Shown one piece after another: positions 19,601 to 30,000 of a DNA stretch of 64,000 nt. The number at the start of each line of letters is the position of its first letter. Positions within the stretch are counted from its first letter, which is position 1. A program made the translations under genes and the position numbers. This DNA comes from Thermodesulfobacteriota bacterium (GTDB lineage Bacteria > Desulfobacterota > WTBG01 > CAIYCZ01 > CAIRTM01): assembly GCA_028282925.1 (NCBI GenBank), contig JANQGV010000091.1, positions 4,748-68,747 on the forward strand, read 5' to 3'. The notes under the pieces were generated by a model. That model searched no databases. It worked only from the letters and a program-made list of their open reading frames with translations, and was not told the origin of the DNA.

Positions 19601-22600
19601 AGCCTGGTCCTCGCTGAAGCCAGGCGGCACCACCACCGCCCACACACCTGAAAAATGACGCGAATCGGGATCAATGATATCACTCACCCTGATAGTAGCG
19701 CTTGTACCGTTGCTGATACTTTGTTCCTGTGGAAAAACAGTGCCGATTTCAGGGGCATGGCCTGAGATGCTTGTGCCGTAACCGATTTTCAATGATTTGG
19801 ATATTCTTTCCGGTTCTGACCGGGGAACCTGGTCTTCAAAGATGTTTATTATTGCGGAACCGGCTTTTTCAAAAGCCCGGCTGACCGACTCACCGCTGAA
19901 AACAGCACTCCAGAAATAGTTGGAAAATGAGATGGTTCCCTGAGCCAGAAACTTGGCTCGCTGGTTGCTGTCGGCGCTGGTAATAACAGTACGGTTTTCT
20001 TTTTTGAGAGCCTGCAGAAAGCTTCCTGAACTGCAGGCGTCATATACCACCGTCACGGGGCCGTCGAAGCTGTCGAGCCACTCTGCCAACTCCCCGGCCT
20101 TGAGCACTTCGCTTTCGTTCAGGCGCAAGGTTTGCGGTCCGCCATGGTCTATCAGGCATAGCACAAGACTGTCTGCATCCTGAGCCCATACGGTCAAAGC
20201 TTCATGCAGGTTTTTCCGCGTTGCAGCACCATCCACATCGTCAAACTCGCCGTTATTGTCCTGGTCCCAATGGATATCCGGCGATAAGTAGCAGATACGG
20301 TCCTTGCTAAACCCCTGGTACAAGAGAGTCCGATAGGCAAACTTGGCGTTCATGCTGGTGGCTCCCCACAGCGCATCCCCGGCATGGGTGCGCCCGGCAA
20401 CGATTATGGCCTTGCTGTTTGGCATTTGAAGCGGGGAGAAGACCTGGATGCGGTCGTTACCGGTATCGGCTACATAGATCCGGCCGTCTTTCCCGATGCA
20501 CAGGTCGCCGGGATCATTCATCTGACCGGGATTAAGACCCTTTCCGCCAAAAGCTTCGACAAACTGTCCCGCAGCCGTAAATTTCTGGATACGGTGATTA
20601 CCGCTGTCGGCCACATAGACATACACGTGGCCGAACTCGACTGCTGCAGCTATGCCACGGGGAGCGTTGAATTCACCTTGGCCATCGCCATAGGTTCCCC
20701 ACTGGCTTACATAGGTTCCATCCGGCTGAAACTTCTGGATACGATGATTACCGGTATCGGCCACATAGACATATCCATCGTGGTCAACAGCAATTCCGTG
20801 AGGATTTTCAAAGGCACCATCGCCTGTTCCGACCTCGCCCCATTCTGCTACTTGAGCATCATAATTACTTGTAAATTTAATAATATAGTGATTACCGCTA
20901 TCAACAACATATACATGCCCATTATCATCACAGGCTATGCCGCTCGGTTTGTAAAAATTATGAAAGGTGGTGTTTTTCGAATAGGAATGCCGCGATAAAC
21001 CGTATTCACCGAAACGGGTATACACCGAAACCTGATTATTACCGGTACCGGCAACATAGATTCTATTGCCCGAACCGACAGCAATGCCCTGGGGAGATCT
21101 GGCAGCATTACCGGACCACTCTGATATAAATTCACCATCTGCACTGAATTTTTGAATACGGTGATTATCCGTATCGGCTACATAGATATATCCCCGCTTG
21201 TCAACGGCAATACTTTCCGGCGCTATAAATTCACCACTTTGTTCTCCCCGGTTTGACATGGCGGAAACATGCGTAAGGTCGGCACCGCCATCATGAAACT
21301 TCTGAATACGGTTGTTCCATACATCCGTCAAATAAACAGTGCCTTGAACATTGGCCGCTATACCCGCAGGACTGCACAATTGATCATCGTCAGTGCCGCA
21401 TGTGCCTTTGACTGCAACAAATGCAATAGCTGATCCATCATCACGAAGCTTAACAATTCGATGATTTTCACTGTCGGAGACATATATCACGCCGGCCTCT
21501 CCTGCTGCTATACCAAGCGGAGAATCAAGCTCCCCGGCAGCAGACCCTTCACTTCCCCATGCCGTTAGAAACGTGCCGTTATCGTTGAATTTCTGGATGC
21601 GATGATTATACCGATCGGCCACATAGATGTGCCCGTTTCTATCTGATGCAATACCCCGCGGCAGATCAAACTCACCCTCCCCACTTCCATATGTTCCCCA
21701 TAGTGCAAGCAATTGACCATCGTTGTTAAACTTTACTATGCGGTCATTAAAGGTATCTGCCACATAGATATTGCCCCCTTGGTCAATCGTCACCCCTTGC
21801 GGATAGCTCAGTGAGTCATCACCGGTTATCTGCTCACAGATCTCCAACATAAAAGCCCCATTGGAGTCGAATTTCTGAATCCGGTGATTGTCCGTATCGA
21901 CAACAAACACATTACCATATAGATCCGTTGCTATACCGGTCGGATAGGCAAACTGGCCGTTCCCCGATCCCGGGCTGCCCCAAGAGGCAATAAACTTGCC
22001 ACCTGAGGTAAACTTTTGTATACGGTGCTTGCCGGTATCGGCCACATACAGATTGCCCCAGGGATCTACCGCCACATCGGCCGGGTGTGTGAAATACCAG
22101 GGATTCTTTAACGACGGCCACAAGCCGTTGCATACATATTTTGATACAAGGGCCTTATCCGCACGTATGTCTGACAGCTCAACACCGTCTTTTTCCAAAC
22201 GGGATATCTCTTCGTCATGAGTTCCGCCGAACGGGCTGAGGCCCGACAGCCCGTTTCCACCATCGCGTATAGCCTGGAGCGTTGGCCCGTCTCCGGAGCT
22301 GCCTGTAGTTGCACCTGGAAAACCATCCCCACCGGAAACACCGATTGCCTGTTCAGAAAACGCCCCGCCACCGGAATACTCGTCCGCCCCCATGTCGACT
22401 TCAGCAGAACCACTAGTATCTCCATCTATAATCCTGGGGTCACCGTCAATATCCATATCAGAAAGGGTAATACCCGTAGAACGTCCGGCATCAATACATG
22501 GTGAAGTCGAACGCAGATGCAAGTCACCATAGTCATCATCATCCGTACCCCACTCACCATCCGGACCCGCATCAGGATTGCGGACAAAGAGGGGGTCTGT

Positions 22601-23830
22601 ACGGATATTGCCGTTGGAGCCGGCATAGCCCTCCGCGACGACATCACTGTATGTGATACTAAAGGATGAACCAGAAGCACCTATGGATGTTAATGTACCC
22701 GCTGCTGCATTGCTCCATACAATACAATTAATAATACTATCTGATGATAGATGGAAATATATTTCGCTACCTCTCATTGCGCTATTATCGGAAATGGTAC
22801 AATTGGTTATGGTGGAATCGGAGGTATGATTCCTTATTCCCCCACCGTTTTTAGCGCTGTTACCCAAAAAAATGCAATTGGTAATATTGGGCGCGGAGGC
22901 AACGTTATCTATTCCACCGCCCACGTTAGCGGTGTTACCCAAGAAACTGCAATGAGTGACTGTGGGGGCATGAAAATTGTTATAGATTCCACCGCCTTGT
23001 GTTAAAGCATTGTTGCCTGAAAAAATACAGTCATTAATGTTGGGCGAAGATTTAAAATTACTTATCCCGCCACCCAAATCAGCTATATTACCCAAGAAGC
23101 TGCAACTGGTGAGAGTAGATGAGGACTCATTATTATATATTCCACCGCCTCGATACCCGGCATAGTTTTCAGTGAACGTGCAATTGTCAATGACAGTATT
23201 ACTGTAACTGGCATACAATGCGCCGCCTGACGTACCGGAAAAATTGTTTTCGAAAATACAGTTTATAATAACCAGGTCCCCATAGCGCACATAAAGCGCC
23301 CCGCCATCGCCGCCGACACTATTTTCTATAAACCTGCAATTGTTGAATGTGGGAGACGCATAGGCAATATAGCCCGCTCCGCCTTCTTCATCGAGTGTAC
23401 AGCCGTCATCAGCATTGCGGATGGTGAATCCGTCGATAGTGGCATTATCGGTTATATACAGCAAATTATAAACCGCATACTGACCGTCCAGCACGGTTTC
23501 ATAGAGGGCAACGTCCCGGTCCTCCCAATCCGGATAGGTAACATCAGCCGGAAAGCCGCCATAGATATGCACAGCCTTGTCAACCGCGATACTGGCCGAC
23601 AGGGGGTACCGGCCCTCCTTGACCAGTATCACGTCATCGGCTTCAGCCGCATCTATTGCATCTTGAAGGTTTTTAAAGGCATCGGCCCAGGCAAGACCAT
23701 ACCGGCTGGATGAATCCACACCGCCGTCTACGTACCAGGTAGTGGCGTGCAAATATGCACCAGGCAAACACAGATAGAATATAAAAGTTGTAATAAAAAA
23801 ACATAATGGGATTTTTACCGATTTCATCAC
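16700..23830 (-). CDS. Giant secreted/surface multidomain protein, paralog 1 (2376 aa). Domain order: signal peptide, Pmp-like GGxI/FxxN parallel beta-helix, 2x NHL beta-propeller, active peptidase C13 (legumain-like), inactive C13-like domain, PPC domain, CarboxypepD_reg-like, Thr-rich linker, Ig-like domain, conserved C-terminal domain.
   Basis: Single uninterrupted ORF with an N-terminal signal peptide. GGGIYNN/FxGN repeats as in polymorphic membrane protein repeats. The beta-helix ends with the cap motif DPGPDGEWGTDDDDYGDLHLRSTSPCIDAG. About 13 NHL repeats (YVADTGNHRIQKF). Legumain-like His/Cys dyad (LIDHGGPQ ... VYDACSSGSF). Second copy degenerate (MIGPGGAG ... IYDADRSGSF). PPC motif DEDWVMF. 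Confidence 0.9.
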   Translation of the reverse strand: MMKSVKIPLCFFITTFIFYLCLPGAYLHATTWYVDGGVDSSSRYGLAWADAFKNLQDAIDAAEADDVILVKEGRYPLSASIAVDKAVHIYGGFPADVTYPDWEDRDVALYETVLDGQYAVYNLLYITDNATIDGFTIRNADDGCTLDEEGGAGYIAYASPTFNNCRFIENSVGGDGGALYVRYGDLVIINCIFENNFSGTSGGALYASYSNTVIDNCTFTENYAGYRGGGIYNNESSSTLTSCSFLGNIADLGGGISNFKSSPNINDCIFSGNNALTQGGGIYNNFHAPTVTHCSFLGNTANVGGGIDNVASAPNITNCIFLGNSAKNGGGIRNHTSDSTITNCTISDNSAMRGSEIYFHLSSDSIINCIVWSNAAAGTLTSIGASGSSFSITYSDVVAEGYAGSNGNIRTDPLFVRNPDAGPDGEWGTDDDDYGDLHLRSTSPCIDAGRSTGITLSDMDIDGDPRIIDGDTSGSAEVDMGADEYSGGGAFSEQAIGVSGGDGFPGATTGSSGDGPTLQAIRDGGNGLSGLSPFGGTHDEEISRLEKDGVELSDIRADKALVSKYVCNGLWPSLKNPWYFTHPADVAVDPWGNLYVADTGKHRIQKFTSGGKFIASWGSPGSGNGQFAYPTGIATDLYGNVFVVDTDNHRIQKFDSNGAFMLEICEQITGDDSLSYPQGVTIDQGGNIYVADTFNDRIVKFNNDGQLLALWGTYGSGEGEFDLPRGIASDRNGHIYVADRYNHRIQKFNDNGTFLTAWGSEGSAAGELDSPLGIAAGEAGVIYVSDSENHRIVKLRDDGSAIAFVAVKGTCGTDDDQLCSPAGIAANVQGTVYLTDVWNNRIQKFHDGGADLTHVSAMSNRGEQSGEFIAPESIAVDKRGYIYVADTDNHRIQKFSADGEFISEWSGNAARSPQGIAVGSGNRIYVAGTGNNQVSVYTRFGEYGLSRHSYSKNTTFHNFYKPSGIACDDNGHVYVVDSGNHYIIKFTSNYDAQVAEWGEVGTGDGAFENPHGIAVDHDGYVYVADTGNHRIQKFQPDGTYVSQWGTYGDGQGEFNAPRGIAAAVEFGHVYVYVADSGNHRIQKFTAAGQFVEAFGGKGLNPGQMNDPGDLCIGKDGRIYVADTGNDRIQVFSPLQMPNSKAIIVAGRTHAGDALWGATSMNAKFAYRTLLYQGFSKDRICYLSPDIHWDQDNNGEFDDVDGAATRKNLHEALTVWAQDADSLVLCLIDHGGPQTLRLNESEVLKAGELAEWLDSFDGPVTVVYDACSSGSFLQALKKENRTVITSADSNQRAKFLAQGTISFSNYFWSAVFSGESVSRAFEKAGSAIINIFEDQVPRSEPERISKSLKIGYGTSISGHAPEIGTVFPQEQSISNGTSATIRVSDIIDPDSRHFSGVWAVVVPPGFSEDQADNPMVEMPSFELSSVAGESTVTESLCYEGTFDQFTMAGTYDIAVYAMDEQGNTSTAGMARVIVENPLAQKAIVVVGGGRADVYAKKGVQRAYGALKAQGYTDENIVFLGPEGIHCYGNHNCVDGAATLAALENTINAAHNTTHDLVLYMIGPGGAGTFRINNHEILHAAVLDGWLDQLQAYMDGMLTVIYDADRSGSFIPLLAAPEGKKRIVFTSTTADETAYYGQRGIISSSTFFWSQVRNGEDVYDAYKHSGKAARCLSRRYRTQTPSLDDNGNGIANEYADGFLAANYKIGIGLNFADDSPMISALFAESPEAGEISVWASVTGTGIVKRVWAVITPVEYLPGENDELVEVDLDYDNETALAVGLFEPDDVTDYKITVYARDDDNNTSLPLETKVYLHEYQARCSDATADAFEDDNTKDDARGIVVNAREAQKHTFCTATDEDWVMFYGREGEYYSIAADDLGENSRPVIELYNENLDMRRSKIPDEDGMVYLDWLCPEDGIYYVRLWNDLLFDGDAATTRYSLRVYNPYWPDFLVLVSGTVRDEMSSQLIDGAVIMTDGGGAAVAMQGRYDLYLYPGDWNLYAAAAGYHLYYDRLNIGTRSRILNADIGMYPDWVSTTSTTSIKKTTSSTTTTSIKETTSSSTTTTSVKETTSSTTTSIKKSTTSTTTTKSNISTTSVPIDPTSTVTTTVIIETTITTTSIDVETTTTTSDSSSTTTINFSDPPVIISVPDNQATVGRHYVYTVEVKSNDSEPEAGAGKNTAGMGMFSYRLTQKPETMTIDVLKGYISWTPQLKDLGSHEIEVAVQDGNGQEARQQFAVMVKPGSVCPLQSAAGTNKQKIDTLRSFRDKRLIKTETGRLLVYLYYVHSAEVAGILGAHPELMAEVRTLMFELYAVLKAGLTCGDTIKITKMQEKRMVHVLKKLRTKASPGLKKGLALVLRRLEDRGFMEEIGVERETVNRVR

Positions 23831-24095
23831 CTTGCCCCTTTTTGCGTAGTGATCATGATGGAAATGGAGGATTCTTTTGGAAGCTGCCCCTGCCGACTAT
23901 TTATACATGTTAGTACAATTGATTATACAATCTGCCCCAACCGACTGGATTTGATTTTATTCTCCTTGAAAATTTTATCAAATATTTTCTAAAAAGGCAA
24001 TACTTGGGAAAGGATTTAACGATAGACATTCAAGAAACGATTTTTAGTTAGGAATTTTCCGATGGGGTACGGACATAAAAGCTTCTTCATAAACG

Positions 24096-27000
24096 CTAGC
24101 GGTGTAACCGTCCCTGCTCCACGCCAATTTCTCTCAGAAAGCCGGCATCTTCAAGCCTCCGCAATACCAGGGCCAGGCTCTTTTTCAGCCCCGGGGACGC
24201 CTTATGCCGGATATTTTTCAAAACCGTGCGCACTTTTCTGCGGGCATCTCTTGAAAGGCTTCCAGGTTCATTATACACAACAATCTTTTTAAGTTCCGGC
24301 AGCAGTTCCCCTGCTATTTCACGTACCAATGCCATAAGACTGGGCTGCTGCGCCAGGATTCCATATATCTCAGGGCCATTGGCATAGTAAAGGTACAGAA
24401 GCGACCGCCCGGCAGCACTCCGGTACAGGCGGATGTCTCGGTAGCGCCTCAGCAGATCCAGGTTTTGCCTGTTATTGTTCAGCACCTGCGTGAGCACACA
24501 GCTCAGCGTCACCCGCACCGTAAACTCCTGGCTGACCCTTTGGCCCAGATTGTCTACGGCACACACTATTATCCTGTGATTGCCCAGTTGATCCAACCCA
24601 GGCGTCCAGGTGATGATACCGGTTTCCTTATCGATTGTCATTCCAGCGGGTGCCGATTCCAGTGCACATGTTACAACAGCACCACTGCGTACTTCCACAG
24701 TATAGCTATACTGTTCTCCTGCAAAGGCCGTCACCCGCGGTGATGATATTATCTCGACCGGCGGTGGTGGCGTAACCGTGATTGTAGTAGTTGTTGTTGA
24801 TGTTAAAGTTGATTCTATTGGTACCGTCGTTGTGGTGGTAGTAGCCGGCGGCGTAGAAGGCGATGAATCAATACTGGTGGTTGTAGAAGTATATGTACCT
24901 AACGGCTGCATGCTGATATCCTTCTGCATCACCATACTGCCCGTGACGACATTCAGGTGTTTCCGGCACCACTGGTACCCAGCCGCCTGCACCTCCAGGC
25001 TCCACTGGCCAGGGTAATGATACATTTCATAACGGCCACCTGTTGATATTGCTGCCCCTCCACCGTCGGTGGTAATGACGGCACCGTCTATGGGCTGCTG
25101 CGTTGTACTGTCTTTTACTTCCCCGCTCATCAGCACCAGGAAATCAGGCCAGTACGGATTGTAGATCCGCAGGCGATATCTGGTTGTATTCCCCTGCCCA
25201 TCCTCCTCATGCAGCAGGTAATTCCACAGCCGTACATAATAGATACCATCCTGCGGGCACAGCCAGTCAAGATACACTGCACCGCCCTCTTCCGGCACCT
25301 TCGAACGCTGCATATTGAGCTGTTCATTGTACAGCTCGATAACCGGCAGGCTGTTTACACCCAGATCATCCGTTACAATGCTGTAATATTCTCCTTCACG
25401 CCCGTAGAACTTCACCCAGTCTTCATCCGTAGCAGTACAAAAGTTGTGCTCCTGCGCCTGGCGGTCATTTACTAGTATTGCCCTTGCATGGTCTTTGTTG
25501 TTATCGTCTTCATATCCATCCGCACTATTCACTCTGCACAGTCCCTGCCCCTCACTCAGGTACACTTTAGTTTCAAAGGGCCTGGAAGTGTTGTTATCAT
25601 TATCTTGGGCATATACGGTTATCTTGTAATCCTGTGAGCCCGCTGCGTCAAAAAGGCCCGTGGCCGTTTCAGTTTCATTGTCATACGCAAGATCCATCTC
25701 CACCGGAAACTCACTCCCACCCGGGCAATGGTCTGCCGGCGTAATTACTGCCCAAATTCTTCTGATTTCTATGGTTCCGGTCACACCGGCTCTTATGGAC
25801 ACCTGATTGTTTTCTGCAGTTTCTGCAAAAACTGATCCGATCATGGGACCGTCGTCGGCAAAGTTCCACCCGATACCGATCTTGTAGTTCATAGCCAGCA
25901 GACCATCGGCATACTCATTTGCAACGGCATTGCCGTTATCATTGAGGCACGGAGTTTGGCTTCGGCAGCTTTTGTTTAAACAGCCGGCTGCTTTTTTAGC
26001 ATAAGTGAATGCATCATATACCTTTTCGCCGTTATAGATCTGACTCCAGAAAAAGGTCGAAAACGAGATAATCCCCTGGGTGCCGTAATACACCGTTTCA
26101 TCTGCAGCGGTGCTGGTAATTACGATCCGTTTCTTGTTTTCAGGGGGTGTGAGCCGCGGGATAAAGCTGCCGGAAAAATCGGCATCATACACAACGGTCA
26201 ACATCCCGTTCATGGTTGTCTGCAACTGGTCGAGCCACTGATCAAGCACAGAAGCCTGTAAAATTTCACTATCCTTTATATGGAACGATTCTGTATCGCC
26301 CTTTCCGATCATATAGAGCACCAGATCGTGGGTATTACTGTGGTCGGCAGTAAGTGTAGATTCAAGTACAGCAAGCGTTGCAGACTCGTCTACACAGGAG
26401 CCTGATCCATTGCAGCGCATTCCCTCGGGACCTAAAAATTCAATTGCATCATCGTCATACCCTTGTGTCTTCAGGGCACGATAGGCAAGCTCGGCTCCAT
26501 GCTTCACAAACAGATCTCCCGGCTCACCACCGGCTACAATAATCGCTTTCTGAGTCAACAGGTTATTCACGGTAACCGTTCCCATGCTGGGCGCCGAAGT
26601 ATTACCCTGGTCATCCATGGCATAGACCGCCACATCATATGCTCCGTCTATAGTAAACCCTTTAAAGGTGCCTTCATAGCATTTACCGGCATATCCGGAA
26701 CAGTCTGCTTCCTGCAACTCAAAGGACGGCAGTTCAACCATGGGATTGTCAATCGAGCCTTCATTGAACCCCGGGGGCAACACCACCGCCCATACCCCTG
26801 ACAGCGTACCGCTGTCAGGATCTGTGATCCCATTGGCCCGTATAGTGGCACTGGTACCACTTGTAATGGACTGGATGGCCGGAGACAGCTCTGCAATCTC
26901 AGGGGCAAGGCCTGATATGCTGGTTCCGTAACCAATGGTCAGGTTATCTGATATATTTACAGGTTCCGACATAGGGGTCTGGTCACCAAAGGTACTCACT

Positions 27001-30000
27001 ATTGCAGATCCGGCCTTTTCCATGGCCTGTTTTACCGGGGTACCGTTAAAGATATGATTCCAGAAATAATTTGAAAACGAAATAATACCCCGTCCCAGAA
27101 ACTTGGCCCGCTGATTTACATCGGTGCTGGTAATAACAGTACGGTTCTCTTTTTTCAATGCTTGCAAAAAACTTCCCGAACTGCAGGCATCATACACTAT
27201 CGTTGCAGGACCCGTAAAAACATCCAGCCACTGGCCAAACACTCCGGCTTCCAGCACTTCCTTATCGTTTAAGCGAAAGGTTTGGGGGCCGCCATGGTCT
27301 ATCAGGCACACAACAAGGCTGTCGGCATCCCGAGCCCACTCAGTCAAAGCGTTATACAGGTTCTCCATGGTGGGCTCACCGTCTACATCGTCAAACTCAC
27401 CGTTATTGTCCTGATCCCACAGGGTATCAGGCGACAAATAATAGATTGTCTCTTTTGTAAAGCCCTGGTACAGAAGCGCCCGATAGGCAAACTTGGCGTT
27501 CATACTGGTAGCATTCCACAGAGCATCTCCAGGGTGGGTACGGCCGGCAACGATTATGGCCTTACTGTTGGGCATCTGCAGGGGACTGAAAACCTGAATA
27601 CGGTTATTGCCGGTATCAGCCACATATACCCGTCCGTCTCTGGCGATACTCACGCCCCCGGGATCTTTAAACTGGCCTGGATTGGTACCTTTACTGCCCA
27701 GTGACTGAATAAAAGCACCATCAGCGGTAAACTTCTGGAGGCGGTGATTGCCGCTATCGGCCACATACACTACAATCCGTCCGGACTCATTGTCAGTAGT
27801 TATACCTCGGGGAGCGTTAAGCTCTCCTTCGCTGCTTCCATAGCCGCCCCACTGTCCAAGATAAATACCATTGGATGTAAACTTCTGGACACGATGATTA
27901 TTTGTGTCAGCTACATACACATTACCCTCCGCATCTATTGCTATGCCGTGAGGATTTCGGAATCTACCGGCCTCAATGCCATGGCCTCCCCATACTGTTT
28001 CAGTGTCATTAAAACCCGGGGTAAATTTCACTACATAGTGATTACCTCTATCGACAACATATATGTTATCCAGGCAATCAAAAGCTACGCCATAGGGCTC
28101 ATAAAAAAATTTATCCACATCGTCTTTAATATATTTATTTGCATACGTACGGTACTTGCAGTCACCAGTATATTTGGTGACCTGATTATAATCGGCACTC
28201 GCAGCATAAACATCACCTTGCGTGTCAGTAGCAATTCCTTGAACAAATCGGGTATCATACCTGGACCACTCGAACAAAAACACTCCGTCTATACCTAATT
28301 TCTGTATCCGGTGGTTTTCTGTATCAGCTACATACACATAACCCTGTTCATCAACCGTAACGCTTTCAGGCGATATAAACTCTCCGCCGCGCTCCCCCCG
28401 GTTTGAAAGAGTATAAACATAATTAAAATCAGCACCGGCATCACGAAACTTCTGAATGCGGTTGTTCCACACATCTGCCACATAGACATTCCCGCCGGCA
28501 TCTACCGCTATGCCGGAAGGAGTGCACAGTGAATCATGATCGGAACCGCATGAGCCCTTTACTGAGACAGGAGCAAAACCTGAGTTGTCATCACTGAGTT
28601 TAACGAGCCGATGATTCTCACTGTCGGTTACATATATCGCGTTGTTTGCGCCAACTGCAATGCCAAGGGGCGAGTCAAGCTGCGAGCCCCCATCTCCTTC
28701 ACTTCCCCACGTCATTAGAAACGTACCATCGTCGCGAAATTTTTGAATACGGTGATTATACCGGTCGGCCACATAGATGTGTCCATTTCTATCTGATGCG
28801 ATACCCCGGGGCAGATCAAACTCACCAGTGCCATCACCGTACGCACCCCAGCTAGCAATCAATTGACCACCTGGAGCAAACTTCACAATCCGGTCGTTAA
28901 AGGTATCTGCAACATAAATATTGCCCCATTGGTCAATCGTAATACCTTGAGGATAGCTTAAAGTGTCGGTATCTGTTATCTGCTCATAAATCTCCAGCAT
29001 GAAATTCCCATTGGCATCGAACTTTTGTATCCGATGGTTGTCGGTATCGGCTACGTACACATTACCATACAGGTCCGTTGCTATGCCGGTTGGATAGGCA
29101 AACTGCCCGTGTCCTGCCCCCGGGCTTCCCCAGGCTGCAATAAAATTTCCACCGGAAGAAAACTTCTGAATACAGTGTCTGCCGGTATCGGCCACATACA
29201 GATTACCCCAGGGGTCCACCGCCGCACCGGACGGATGCTCAAAATACCAGGGATTCTTTAATGATGGCCAGATACTCCTGCAGGTATACTGAAATACTGG
29301 GGCAACATGCAAAGCCGATTCCGATACAGTCTGCTCTTCTGCTTCTTCAAGAACACTGTTTTCATCTGCAGTGCCGTCCGTCAAAGGTTTACTGGCACTG
29401 CCAGTGCCACCTGACACATCCCCTAACCTAGGATCTGAGCTACTTTCCGCAATAACCGGAAGCAGGAGTGCACTGTCAGATTCATACAGATTCAGTGTCA
29501 CTGATGAAAGCGTTTGATCATGAGTAAATTCATCCGCCCCAATATCAACAAGAGCCTCACCGTTATCATCCCCATCCATGATCCTTTGGTCACCCTCAAT
29601 ATCAGTCGATAAAAGATGTGCAGCGGCATTGTTTCCGGCATCAATACAGGGAGAAGAAGCACTCAAATGCAAATCGCCGTAGTCATCATCAGCAGTACCC
29701 CACTCTTCATCAGGCCCGGGATCCGGGTTGCGAATAAACAATGGTTCTTTACGGATGTTACCATTACCATCCGCACTGCCGTCCGGTTTGCCAAATCCGC
29801 TTTGATCAATATTGCAATATGACAATGGAACATAATCAGAATAAGAGTAAAGCTGGGGGCCATTGTCTGCCGATGCATTACCAAGAAGGGCATTCCCCCA
29901 CATAAGACAATTAGAAAGAATATCATCGGTGCAGTTGTCACTCATAATTCCACCGCCGTAACCTGCCTTATTGCCGGACAGAGTGCAGTTAGTCATGGTG

